Assembly (NCBI GenBank): GCA_964187785.1
Contig: OZ076413.1
Location: 42,596,001-42,660,000, forward strand
DNA: 64,000 nucleotides
Source of the DNA: Amphiscolops sp. MND2022
Taxonomy: Eukaryota
Direction of reading: 5' to 3'
Part shown: one piece after another, positions 13,614 through 24,450 of the stretch
Layout: every line of letters starts with the position of its first letter
Numbering within the stretch: position 1 is the first letter of the stretch
Program-made: the position numbers and the translations under genes
The notes under the pieces: generated by a model
Seen by the model: the letters and a program-made list of their open reading frames with translations, nothing else
What the model was told of the DNA's origin: nothing
Databases searched by the model: none

Positions 13614-13810
13614 AACCGAGCTTGAAAAAAAAAACGTTCAAAACTATGATTGAATTGGTGCTTCATTCATAGCAAGGCCTCTGAAAAAAGTTGATATAAA
13701 CTAACATTCTTATCATTATCAGAAGTTAATTCGAGCCAAAATCTTCCTTCTGAGCGAAATTTTTTGCCTTTTGCACTGTGTAAAAAGAAATTATTATATT
13801 GTAAAATGTA

Positions 13811-14470
13811 ATGGTGTTTATTTTGGGCGCGAGCTCGTTGCATCACGCTCTCGATATATTAACCCCCGAAAAAAGAAAAGCCTTCAACGAAAAAATTTAC
13901 ACGATACCGGGCCTTAGTTTGAATAATCACGCAAAAAACCCACAAAAAGTTGTTCAAAACTTGTTGCAAAAAGATTTCGCTGAAAAAAATGATATTGTTA
14001 TCTGGCATGATGTGCTGAATAATAGCTTGTCAAAACATAAAAGCAACAATTTTCGAGCACTGTCTGTTTCTGAGTTGCTAGAAATTTTGAAATCTCTAGA
14101 AAACAAACTCCGGGCTCTTGTGTATTGCCACCGAATCCGAACGCCCGACATTTCTGATATTCTAAAAAGGCAAAGCATTCCTGTTTTCCGAATTGAAACC
14201 GATTTCTTTTCGACAAGAAAACAAAACGATCCAAAAATTTTGAACGAATTGAAGGCAATACACCAGAGACCTGAGTTTGAGCTCAAGTATTTGGACATCA
14301 TTCTCCGAAACGAAACCGATCTAGCGCAGATTACAGCCAAAAGTCGCCCTAAGCGACCGAGTAAACATGCCCGTAAGGCTTTGAAGAACGCTGCTTCAAA
14401 ACAGAATGAAGTTTCTTCCTCCCAAACACTTCGTTGTTGTGACAGTGTCCAGACTTCATTGTCAGGTTGA
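13811..14470 (+). CDS. BEL accessory ORF, SGNH/GDSL-hydrolase-like
   Basis: ATG-initiated 219 aa. VFILGASS, IPGLS and DIVIWHDVLNN follow the order and spacing of SGNH blocks I, II and III; basic C-terminal tail. Confidence 0.6.
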   Translation: MVFILGASSLHHALDILTPEKRKAFNEKIYTIPGLSLNNHAKNPQKVVQNLLQKDFAEKNDIVIWHDVLNNSLSKHKSNNFRALSVSELLEILKSLENKLRALVYCHRIRTPDISDILKRQSIPVFRIETDFFSTRKQNDPKILNELKAIHQRPEFELKYLDIILRNETDLAQITAKSRPKRPSKHARKALKNAASKQNEVSSSQTLRCCDSVQTSLSG

Positions 14471-14796
14471 AGTCGCAACAACTTTCTCCAAGTTTTGGAC
14501 TGTGTCCGGACTTGACTGTCTGGTTGACGTTCAAAACGAATTTTTCCATACCATAATTGTGTGTTATGCGCTCCTCCCGTCTTCTACCGCCCTCGTAGTT
14601 TCTTAGCGCCTACATTTAACATTAAAGCCTACATTTAACGCCAAAAAAAACAATTAACCGCTTTCCAACCGCAACATCCTCCACAACATTTAGTACTAGT
14701 GGTTTTCTTTGAACTGTAATCTTTAATTAATTGACAATAGCATAGTTGACTTTCAGAGCTGTGTCCGGACTTAGTTGTCTGGTTGATGTTCTGTAA

Positions 14797-17700
14797 GTGA
14801 TTCTGCTGTTTCGACAATTACTGAGTGCTGGGAACGCTACAGTACGTGTCCTCATAATACACTATTTTGATCCAAAAAATTGGAAATCGATTATAATGGC
14901 TGATCCGATGAAAGAGAAAGTCTCCAAACTGCTTGATAGCCGCGCTAAAGCAGAAGCGGAGCTCAACAAAATCCATCAAAAACTCAATGACGCTATTGAA
15001 AATACCGAACGACGTGTTCGAGTTGACCGATTAGTCACCTCGTGTGAGGAAGCTATGACTAAAGCCTACGCAAAGAACGAACTACTCCTTGACCTAGCCA
15101 ACAAATCAACCAACCCAGAGTCAGTGAAGCTTACATATTTGAAGACGCTTGTTACGGGGAAAGCAAAAACGGCAATTGCGGAGTTCGCGTACTGCGGGAC
15201 AATGTACAAGGACGCACTGAAGACTCTGGAAAGGAAATTCGGCCAACCACAGGCAGTGGTCAGTGCCTACTTGGACAAATTAGCGAATGTTCCACCGGTG
15301 AAAATGCATAATAGCGAAAGCATCATAAGTTATGCAGCTACAATTGGTTCCTTGGTTGGTGTTTTCAGATCTTTGAACTACGTTCAAGATCTTTCGAGTG
15401 CTTCACTGCTCGGTCAAGCGGTCCAAAAGCTTCCGCCGAACTTGAAAGAAGGGTGGTCAATGCATACAGTGAAACGCGATTTGGTCCGACCGACTCTGAT
15501 TGACTTCAACGATTGGCTGAGGGACAAAGCAGAAGCTCACGAGAGGATGAAAGCTTCCTCAGGAAAACCCAAAGTTGAAGAAACTCCAACCGGAAACGTA
15601 ACGAAAACCAAGACCAATTCTAAAGTGTTCGCTGCAACAACAACTTCCACTAAAAATACCATCGCAACCAAGCCGTCAACCCAGAAATTCCAAGTCACTT
15701 GTGTAGTTTGTAAAGATAAGCATCCGTTGTGGCGATGTCAAGTGTTCAGAAAAAAGACTCCAACTGAAAGAGCGAAAGTTGTGGCCGAAAACAAACTTTG
15801 TTTCTCATGCTTTAATGGACAACACTCTTTCCGCAATTGCCCCCAGCCACGCAAATGCACCAAAGATGGCTGTGGAAGTACACACAACACTTTGCTACAT
15901 GGTGCAGAGAAGATTTTCCCGAGAAAATCTGAATCTGGGAAAGCAGGCAATGGTGAAGCAACTACTTGTAGCGTAACGACAGCGATCCAAAAGAAAGACG
16001 AAGTCACCTCATGCCTCCCTTCCATCTCTGATGTGAAAGGATTATTACAAATAACGGAAGTGGAATTGCAAACTTCTGAGAATTCTGCAAAAGTTTTAGT
16101 TTTGTGCGACTCAGCGTGTAGCCATTCTTGGATTTCCTCCGAGCTAGCTGACAAACTTGACGTGCGCGGCACGCCGACCAAACTGACTGTACACGGAATT
16201 AACTCCAATAAGGTTGTTGACACTCAAATGGTCGAGCTCAAGTTGACACCGGTTCATTCGGGTGGCTCTTGCTCCTCCTTTACTGTCAAACCTTATGTGC
16301 GAGATCAACTGACTATTGGAAACGATGTAATTGACGTAGATGAGTTGAAGACTCGCTATCCCCATTTAGAACCAATCGCTCTTAGCAAGTACAGCTACAC
16401 AGATGTGAAAATGATTCTTGGTCAGGACGTTTTCCACGCTATCCGCCCACTGGAGTATTTCGAATCTGACCGTCGAAATACCCCAGTTGCCTTCCGTTTA
16501 CCGTTGGGCTGGGTACTGAGTGGTCCCCTTCCGTCGACCACGGGTCTATTTTCGACATGCTTCAAAGCTGTTACTCAGAAAGAGCACGATTGTACACTCT
16601 CTGACCGACTCCGAAGCTGGTACGACATTGAGTCGTACGGCGCGTACAAACAAGTGGATTCCCGTTCCGCAACCGACGCGAGAGCGACAAAGATACTTGA
16701 TGAAACAACATACCACGATGGGTCCCGATACCAAGTAGGTAAGTTGTGGGCCGACGACGAAAGTTGTTTACCGAACAATTCTTTTTCTGCACTTATTCAA
16801 CTGAAATCGCTAGAGCGCCGTCTTCAAAAAGATGCTGATTTGAAAGCCAGTTATACGAAAACAATTAGCGACGATTTCTCGAAAGGCTATATTGTTCAAG
16901 TGGACAAAACCGATTGTTTTAAAGTAGACCAGCCCCGGGAATGGTATTTACCGCACCATCCGGTCGTGCATCCTCACAAGCCTGGCAAAGTCCGTAGGGT
17001 TCTTAATGGAGCCGCAAAATTTCATGGTCAGTCCTTGAACAGTGCTCTTCTAGCAGGACCAGATTTGCTACAGAGCCTAATCCACATTCTTTTCCGTTTC
17101 CGTCAATATCCCTTTGCTGTATCTGCAGACATCGAAGGAATGTTTCTCCAAGTTGGAGTTATCCCACGTGACAGACCATCACTTCGATTTTTGTGGCGGG
17201 AACACCCAGCAGCTGAAGTTGCTGTTTTCGAGTATGTTCGGCATATTTTCGGCTCCAAAGATTCGCCAACTTGCGCTAACTACGCATTGAAACGAACTGC
17301 CACAGATAACCAAGCCAACTTTCCAGATGCAGCACGAAGCGTCCACAACAACTTTTATATGGACGATTACCTCGAATCAAGTCCAACAGCTATCGAAGCC
17401 TCAAACAAAGCGAAGGATCTTGTTAAAATGCTTGCTTTGGGAGGGTTTAAACTGACAAAGTTCGTGTCTAATGTACCAAGCATCCCCATCGAAGTAGATC
17501 CGAACAGCGACACCAGAATCACGGAAGAGAAAGAGATTCCGACTGCGGAGAAATTCTCGCACGTTCTTGGAATGAAATGGAATCACTCAACAGACACCCT
17601 AGTTGTTAGCAGAGGAACAAGTCCAAACACCGACCGAAATGTCACTCAAAGGGTTGTTCTGAGTTTGGTATCCGCTGTATACGACCCACTTGGTCTCGTC

Positions 17701-19953
17701 GCACCGTTCACCATCAAAGCGCGCCTGCTTTTGAAAGACATTTGGAGGCTCAGTGGCCAGCAGTGGGACGACAACTTGCCAGACGAAATTGTAACAAAAT
17801 TCTTGGAATGGAGCAGAGAGTTGTCAACTTTGAATGAAATTACCATACCAAGAAGTTACTTCTGTCAAACTGTTGAGACGATTGAGCTACACGTGTTTGG
17901 TGATAGCTCACAAGATGCTTTCAGCGCAGTCGCTTTCTTGCGAGGAAAACTAATAAACGACCACGGTGTTGTGACGCAGCTAGCTTTCGTCTTTGGAAAA
18001 GCAAGAGTGGCTTCTATGAAGGCACTAACTGTTCCAAAGTTGGAGATACAAGCCGCATTACTGGCAGCACGACTTCGCGCCGAGGTCCTCAGTGCACTGT
18101 CTTTGAAGATAGACAGAACTTTCATGTGGAGCGATAGTTCAACTGTGCTACAGTGGTTAACTTCTTTGGAAAAGCAACCCACATTTGTGGCGAACCGAGT
18201 ATGCGAGATTCTAGACTTAACAACTGTTGATGAGTGGCACTATGTCCCTACAGCTCACAATCCGGCTGATGCTGGCACACGTGGAATGTCTGCAACTGAT
18301 CTTTTGAACAGTTGTTGGCTGACAGGACCGGACTTTCTAAAAACATCCGACTTCCCGTTCAAACCCCCAGAAGAATTTCGTCAGAAAATAAAGCTTAACA
18401 ATGGCGCTCATTCCACTAAAGTTAACGAAACCAAAGAACATCAGTGTACTACAATCACCGCAACAGTAACCGAAATTACAACAACTTTCAAATGGCAGAA
18501 GTACAGTTCGTACGAGAAGGTTCTGCGCATTGGGGCTTACATGTTGAGACTCCTCCCAAAGAACGAATCCAAGCGCACCGACAATGGATTGATTACAGAT
18601 CCAACTGAACTCGACAATGCCCAACAGAGATTGTTCTATTTGGTACAACTCGAGTCCTTTAACACTGAAAAGAAATGCTTGTTGAAGTCACTCCCCCTAA
18701 GCAAGTCTTCTAAAATTGTTGAATTTTCCCCTTTCATTGGACCTAATGGTTTACTGCGAGCTTCTGGTCGCACAAAACAGCTGGATGTTGCTTCATTCGA
18801 CATGAAACACCCAATTCTACTAGATAGCCGTCATCCCTTGATTCGGTTGTTCCTGGAGAACTTTCATATCAATCAATGCCACCAGGGTGTTGAATACTTG
18901 AGGGCTTTGATCCAGCAACAATACGCAATCGTCAAATTGAGACCAACCTTGAGATCAATTGTATCCAAGTGCATCACCTGTCGTAAGCGCAAGGCTGAGA
19001 CGTTAGCTCCCATGATGTCCGATCTTCCCCGGGAAAGACTTGCATACAGAGAACCTCCATTCCGCAACACAGGAATCGACTACTTTGGTCCCTTCTACGT
19101 GTCCGTGAAACGTTCTACTGAGAAACGCTGGGGATTCCTTTTCACTTGCCTTACTACTCGGGCCGTCCATTTTGAAGTTGTACCATCAATGGACACCAGT
19201 AGTTGTGTCATGGGAATTGAACGGTTCGCTGCCCGACGAGGCACTCCGTCAGTTCTCTGGTCCGACAACGGCACTAACTTTGTTGCAAGTGACAAAGAAC
19301 TGTTACAGAACGTCAGAAACTGGAATCAACAAGTCCTCACTGAATCACTTGTCAAGAAAGGAATCCAGTGGAAATTTAACCCACCCAGTGCTCCGCACCA
19401 TGGAGGTGTATGGGAACGTTTAGTACGTAGTTTCAAGCACGTGTTCTACGCTGTCATCGGAAATAGACGTCTAACAGACGAAATCGTTGCAACTACGTTC
19501 TGCCTCGTGGAACAAAGTTTGAATGCACGACCGTTAGTACCTGCTAGTGCAGATGCAACCGATTTGGACGCCTTAACTCCAAATCATTTTCTACATGGAA
19601 CTTCAAGTTCAGTACTGCCTTCGCATCAGCAAGCAGACATCGACCATCGCAAGCGTTACGCTCGAGCGCAAGCTTATTCCGATACAATATGGTACAGGTG
19701 GTTAAGAGAATACGTTCCCACTCTGAACCGCCGATCGAAGTGGTCATCGCACTCAAACAGAGATCTTAAGACCGGAGATCTCGTGTGGATTGTTGAACCG
19801 ACCTCACCTAGAGGGCACTATCCACTAGCTCGTGTCGTAAAGCTTAACTTCGGCACAGACGCCGTCGCCAGGTCTGCTGAAGTCAGAACGGCATCTGGTA
19901 ACCTTGTACTCCCAGTGATCAAACTAGCTCCTGTCCTTCCCCTTCCCGAATAA
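14797..19953 (+). CDS. BEL/Pao Gag-Pol polyprotein (probable ATG at 14896)
   Basis: Three Cys/His knuckles (CVVC...H...C, CFSC...H...C, C...C...H...H); protease LCDSAC; RT YLPHHPV/ADIEGMF/FYMDD; Pao RNase H LHVFGDSS; integrase H-H-CITC plus GIDYFGP/WSDNGTNF/GGVWERL. Confidence 0.97.
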   Translation: MILLFRQLLSAGNATVRVLIIHYFDPKNWKSIIMADPMKEKVSKLLDSRAKAEAELNKIHQKLNDAIENTERRVRVDRLVTSCEEAMTKAYAKNELLLDLANKSTNPESVKLTYLKTLVTGKAKTAIAEFAYCGTMYKDALKTLERKFGQPQAVVSAYLDKLANVPPVKMHNSESIISYAATIGSLVGVFRSLNYVQDLSSASLLGQAVQKLPPNLKEGWSMHTVKRDLVRPTLIDFNDWLRDKAEAHERMKASSGKPKVEETPTGNVTKTKTNSKVFAATTTSTKNTIATKPSTQKFQVTCVVCKDKHPLWRCQVFRKKTPTERAKVVAENKLCFSCFNGQHSFRNCPQPRKCTKDGCGSTHNTLLHGAEKIFPRKSESGKAGNGEATTCSVTTAIQKKDEVTSCLPSISDVKGLLQITEVELQTSENSAKVLVLCDSACSHSWISSELADKLDVRGTPTKLTVHGINSNKVVDTQMVELKLTPVHSGGSCSSFTVKPYVRDQLTIGNDVIDVDELKTRYPHLEPIALSKYSYTDVKMILGQDVFHAIRPLEYFESDRRNTPVAFRLPLGWVLSGPLPSTTGLFSTCFKAVTQKEHDCTLSDRLRSWYDIESYGAYKQVDSRSATDARATKILDETTYHDGSRYQVGKLWADDESCLPNNSFSALIQLKSLERRLQKDADLKASYTKTISDDFSKGYIVQVDKTDCFKVDQPREWYLPHHPVVHPHKPGKVRRVLNGAAKFHGQSLNSALLAGPDLLQSLIHILFRFRQYPFAVSADIEGMFLQVGVIPRDRPSLRFLWREHPAAEVAVFEYVRHIFGSKDSPTCANYALKRTATDNQANFPDAARSVHNNFYMDDYLESSPTAIEASNKAKDLVKMLALGGFKLTKFVSNVPSIPIEVDPNSDTRITEEKEIPTAEKFSHVLGMKWNHSTDTLVVSRGTSPNTDRNVTQRVVLSLVSAVYDPLGLVAPFTIKARLLLKDIWRLSGQQWDDNLPDEIVTKFLEWSRELSTLNEITIPRSYFCQTVETIELHVFGDSSQDAFSAVAFLRGKLINDHGVVTQLAFVFGKARVASMKALTVPKLEIQAALLAARLRAEVLSALSLKIDRTFMWSDSSTVLQWLTSLEKQPTFVANRVCEILDLTTVDEWHYVPTAHNPADAGTRGMSATDLLNSCWLTGPDFLKTSDFPFKPPEEFRQKIKLNNGAHSTKVNETKEHQCTTITATVTEITTTFKWQKYSSYEKVLRIGAYMLRLLPKNESKRTDNGLITDPTELDNAQQRLFYLVQLESFNTEKKCLLKSLPLSKSSKIVEFSPFIGPNGLLRASGRTKQLDVASFDMKHPILLDSRHPLIRLFLENFHINQCHQGVEYLRALIQQQYAIVKLRPTLRSIVSKCITCRKRKAETLAPMMSDLPRERLAYREPPFRNTGIDYFGPFYVSVKRSTEKRWGFLFTCLTTRAVHFEVVPSMDTSSCVMGIERFAARRGTPSVLWSDNGTNFVASDKELLQNVRNWNQQVLTESLVKKGIQWKFNPPSAPHHGGVWERLVRSFKHVFYAVIGNRRLTDEIVATTFCLVEQSLNARPLVPASADATDLDALTPNHFLHGTSSSVLPSHQQADIDHRKRYARAQAYSDTIWYRWLREYVPTLNRRSKWSSHSNRDLKTGDLVWIVEPTSPRGHYPLARVVKLNFGTDAVARSAEVRTASGNLVLPVIKLAPVLPLPE

Positions 19954-20108
19954 AGAATGTTCTGTTTCCTCCACTTCCTTCATTTATGCTTCACGTATCA
20001 ACATGTATGAAAAAAATTAATTTTCATGTAAAAACATGTTTCACAAAACATTAAAAAATATATATTTTTTTTGCACTATAAAACATTCATCTTCTTGGGC
20101 CCGGAGGA

Positions 20109-20379
20109 TGTTGCGGTAGCAATATCGTTAATTTAAAATAAACAAATAATAAGGCGCTATAGCATAGAGGATGCGCGTTAGCCTTCCGGTCATAAGGTCT
20201 CGGGTTCGACTCCCGGACATGTAAAATATTTTATATTTTGGAAATATTTCTCCAATTTCGGTAAAAATACTCTCGAAAAGGCCTTGCTATTCAGATTAAA
20301 AAGTGACTCATATTCTCATGTTTGTGTGATCAAGTTTTCGTTTTGGCGGTGATAATCTTCTCATTCAATTCATTGTTAT
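20109..20379 (+). repeat. BEL 3' LTR, 3'-truncated
   Basis: Identity to the 5' LTR stops after cattgttat. Confidence 0.9.
20153..20223 (+). ncRNA. Second copy of tRNA-derived sequence in BEL 3' LTR
   Basis: Identical to 12826-12896. Confidence 0.7.
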
Positions 20380-20465
20380 CCTTTACGGCTATTTTTAGAA
20401 TTTTGTTGCTAAAATTAGATTGATGACTCCTAATATTTTGAATGTCATGCAAGGCTAATTATAAA

Positions 20466-21158
20466 TAACCGGGACTCGTGGTCCCAGGGACATAATTTGC
20501 CTTAGACCAGTCACAATCAGTTCGTTGTAAAATACTCGACCAAAATACTGTTTGCAAGCCTAAGAACTGAATTCGAATTCTTACCTCTTGCAATAATATC
20601 TTATGCCTTCTACTAGACGTCAGAAAGCGAAAGCTAGAAAATCTAGAGAGATGAACATATTGTCCGAAATAGAAAATATGGACGTGATGTTAGGGAATGA
20701 GAATAATAATCCCATAGAAAGAGAATTAGCTGATGCTATGGAGCAGTCGTCAGTACAAGGGGACGGGACATTGAGTCAAACACACACTTGGGAAACCAAT
20801 ATGCTAGTTTTACTTATGAAAAGAACCTCCCCAGGCAGAACGATGTTAGACAATCCTTTGAGACTTTTTCAAATGAGTTTACCCTCAGATTATCTCAAGA
20901 GATGGATTGGATGATGTCTATGATGCTTATTCAATTAAATAGAGCCATCAACAATGCCATAACTGAAAGAGTCATTCCTGAGATTCAAAACATTGTGAGT
21001 TCTATGTCCTCTGCAGGGAATAGGGACACTGAGGTCAGTGTGTCACCAAATAGTCAGGTTAATAGGGAGTGTTAATCCGGGTTCAAATCAAAATTTGCAA
21101 AAAAAGGACTCACAGTCTGCATGTGATTTGAGAGACACTGCAAGCCGTAGTCATTACA
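20466..21158 (+). mobile_element. Partial or solo LTR of another Gypsy family with decayed Gag N-terminus
   Basis: Frameshifted ORFs 20603-21075 (MPSTRRQKAKARK...) resemble in character the LTR-encoded Gag start at 39906. The segment ends in AGTCATTACA, like that element's AGTCGTAACA LTR end. Confidence 0.5.
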
Positions 21159-23346
21159 AGTTCCCGCTAAATTTTACAGGTTTCCGCGGGCAAAACCTCA
21201 GATTTTGTAAACACAGACGATACAATATAACGTAAACAAATAGTCAGCGAGTACCCCTGTGCAAACGAATTCGTAAATCTGGATTTTTTGTGTGGAAACT
21301 TTTGTTTTGCAAGCAAACGCAATTTTTATCACTTTTCGTTTTTGGAAAAACAAATTTTTTCATATCTAAGTTCTTCACGATTTTTTCAGAGAACTAATTT
21401 CGAACAGAAAATAAAAGTACGCCGTTTTGATTGGAATATAGATTCTTTCTTCTTCAGGATTTTCACTGAAGATTTTTTGTTAAAGCTTTCTACAGAATGT
21501 TCTACAAAATGCATATAAGTTTCCAAGATGCAGGGAAGTTCAACAACATTTTACATCCAGGGTCTCTGATTTTCCTGTTTTATCAGAAAAGAGCCTGCAT
21601 TTTATTCATGTGCTTACAAAATTTCACGGCATTCTCGACTAGGGCAATTTCAAGCCTAATTCAGGCCACTACCTCACAAAGTAGCGGTATCACTTGTGAA
21701 CAAATTGAGTTGAAAAGGTGTTTTTCAGATCGAAAAGAAGTTGAAACTATGACGCATTGAAGAGTTTGTGTAACATGTTAAAACATTGCAAGTGAAAGTG
21801 TCGTAATTTCTGGTACCAAATTTTGAACATAAACGTTGCACAAATTCACCAACAGTTTTTGACAATTTTTTATGTTACGAAAACATTGTAAGTTAATCAA
21901 ATGTTTTTCCCAACTTACTAGAAACGCTCTCGCAAGAAAAGAAGGTGTCTGTGAAGTTTAGTTCAATGAATCAATTATGTAAATGATTGTCACTTTGTTA
22001 AAAGCATTATTAACGGTAAGAAAAATCATCGAAACTATACGTTTCTTAGTTCGATTCATAGTACAAGAAGTAGTATGATGTTAGTAATTGATACGAGTTT
22101 GCTACGATTTTACCACAATGCCTGGGTTTCCCTCCCATGCCAAAACAAGTTCATCAAACTCTGGACCAATGGTTTGTCTTTAACAAAAGTTTTGAAATGT
22201 TGAGAACCGCCAGCTATATAGGCTGAAGGCAATAGAGCCATATTCGACCTTTTGTATCTGCGAACGATACAAATGCAGGTCAGAACTCCGTTAAACTCAC
22301 GCGTAACGTGTGTAAAAAATTAGGTTTTCTATTCGTTTAAAATTTTTGTAGTTCTTTGAAAAGGTCGGTTTTGTGTTTGTTCATCCGGTAACAATTCCAA
22401 TAAGATCCCTAAGGAAGGTCAATCATCATGTTCAGGTCCCCAAAAAAGTAAATATTTCCACAAATTCACTTATGATTATACGAAAATAATTTTATGATAG
22501 TTGAATTCTGTGGGAGAACCTATATCTTTCGGAAATGAAAATGGAACATGGCTGTATTTTAGTTAGTTATTTTCCCATTGGATCAACCAATAGGATTTAT
22601 CGTGGAAGTTCTATAAAAAGGTCAGAGAACAAATAATTGTTCTATAAAATAAGCAGATTGATATCTGAGAATCATATATATGTATATTGCTATCATGGTT
22701 CATTTGCTATCAATCTAATTCAAAAACAATCTGGGACCCATAATGGCGCTCCGTTCAAGGCTCAAAAAGCGCAAAGTCTATCAAATATGCTAAAGAGTGT
22801 TCAGCTGGAGAATCTCACAATCCCCGAAAATCCAAAAGTGGGACCATTCAGTGTCTTAAAAGTTTTCAACAACTAAAGCAAAAAAATGAGTGCTTGGTGA
22901 ATTTTGAAAATGCTCTGGGACGATGTAAAACTACTATCAAACTTTAGTCGGAAACATTATCGAAAACAAGCTTCAAAATTTAGTCACTGTGTTAATCAGT
23001 AAACTAGTCACTGCAAGAACATACCCATTCTTTAAAAAAGCCGACTCGAAGATCGTTTCAAATGTGGTCCTCATTCCTCTAAAAAATGCACTCTGATGTA
23101 AAAGTTTTTGAAACAGAGGTTTCAGAATCTGAAATAGACCCCGGTACCACCCCGGTACGTTGTTATCAAGCATAACCACCGTTTTATGGTAAAAATGAAA
23201 TGAGAAGGTTCGAATTGCAAATGCCTATTTTCGATCTTAATCAATATCGCAGTTTTTATTAGTTTTAACATCTTTGATAACATCAATTTATTTTCATTGG
23301 GTCGCATGACTGCCAATCAAATTATTATCTGTGTTAACTTGTTCAG

Positions 23347-23494
23347 ACCTACATATGACTGGATGCACAAGATGTCTGTGCGACACAAAGCCAAGAGGAA
23401 GAAAAAAGTCCCTTTGGTGTTCAAACATCTGGAGCCCAAGGAACTGGCTGAACAACTCACCTACATGGAGTTCAAAGCTATCCGACGAATCTCG
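23347..23494 (+). CDS. RasGRP: RasGRP-like exon (start of CDC25 GEF domain)
   Basis: gttcag| acceptor and TCG|gttctc donor; encodes PTYDWMHKMSVRHKAKRKKKVPLVFKHLEPKELAEQLTYMEFKAIRRIS, a characteristic RasGRP segment. Confidence 0.92.
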
Positions 23495-23941
23495 GTTCTC
23501 TTTTTTTGCTTGTTTCTTTTCAAGATCAACTTATTTCAAGAAGCAATTTTTGCTTAACCTTCAAATGCTTCAAATACATACTTTTGAGAAGTCGAGGAGT
23601 TGGTTTAATTGTTGATTAGTTTTTGTCGCATTCCAGATTCAAAATAACCTCCATTCATCAAAAAACACTGGATCTAAATGATTCAACAATAATGCTCCAT
23701 TGTTTATAATTTAGTATGATCTAACAATAATGCATTGATAGTTTGTATTGAAACAAAAAAATCCGTTTTAGGACAGTTTTCAATCGAAATGCATCATATC
23801 GATTTTAAACATATAGTTCTCATTTGATGAAAACCGCGTCTTTCGGGATTCTCATGTGAAAAACAACTTAACAGCATTTTTTAGCACAACAAACTTGAGT
23901 GTAATTGCCATGAAATCAATCTAGCTCATTCAAGCAGCCCG

Positions 23942-24443
23942 TTTTTAGTCGGCGCTTTTATTAATGAAAGAGCCCGACTATTACAGTCACTTGTTTTTTT
24001 TTTATTTAAGACAGACTCGAAGCGACGAACGTTAACGTTCAGCATCTTAATTTAAAGGAAACTAAACGAATACCCCGGAAACGCATCTAAGTTATTCCAA
24101 AGGGTCCCCCCTTTGGTTTTTACTTTTTATTTGCTTTTTCAAGGAAACCCACAAAACCGGACGTGCCTAAAGGGTCCCCCCTTTGGATTTTTTTCGGCAT
24201 TGTGCGACTTTTTTTCGAAAATTTTTTAATGTTTCCAAAGGGTCCGCCCTTCGAGGTTTTTGATATTTTGCAACGGAATGTATGTTAATAAATACAGAAA
24301 GGTCCCCCTTTTACATTTTTCGGCACTATGCGACTTTTTTTCAAAGAAAAAAATTTCAAAAATTTCAAGTGTTTTTCGAAAGAATTGTTTTGCGCTTTTT
24401 GAGCCTTAGATATGGCGCCGACTTTAGACGTTCTCGTCTTGTT
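23942..24443 (-). mobile_element. Helentron/DINE-1-like non-autonomous element
   Basis: Asymmetric subterminal inverted repeats AGTCGGCGC (23947) and GCGCCGACT (24415); hairpin at one end; internal aaagggtcccc repeats; T-rich flanks; related fragments near 738, 22740, 25670 and 41970. Confidence 0.6.
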
Positions 24444-24450
24444 CGTTTAG

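Larger units (their letters stand above)
12782..20379 (+). mobile_element. BEL/Pao LTR retrotransposon with truncated 3' LTR
   Basis: Direct repeats beginning TGTTGCGG at 12782 and 20109; PBS-like TGGTGGCC at 13134; purine-rich GGGCCCGGAGGA before the 3' LTR; single Gag-PR-RT-RH-IN ORF of Pao type. Confidence 0.95.

Noticed and set aside
14433..14797. SECIS, hammerhead ribozyme or kink-turn identity for the hairpins
   Set aside because: No AUGA/AA/GA SECIS pattern, no CUGANGA/GAAA core and no tandem GA/AG pairs.
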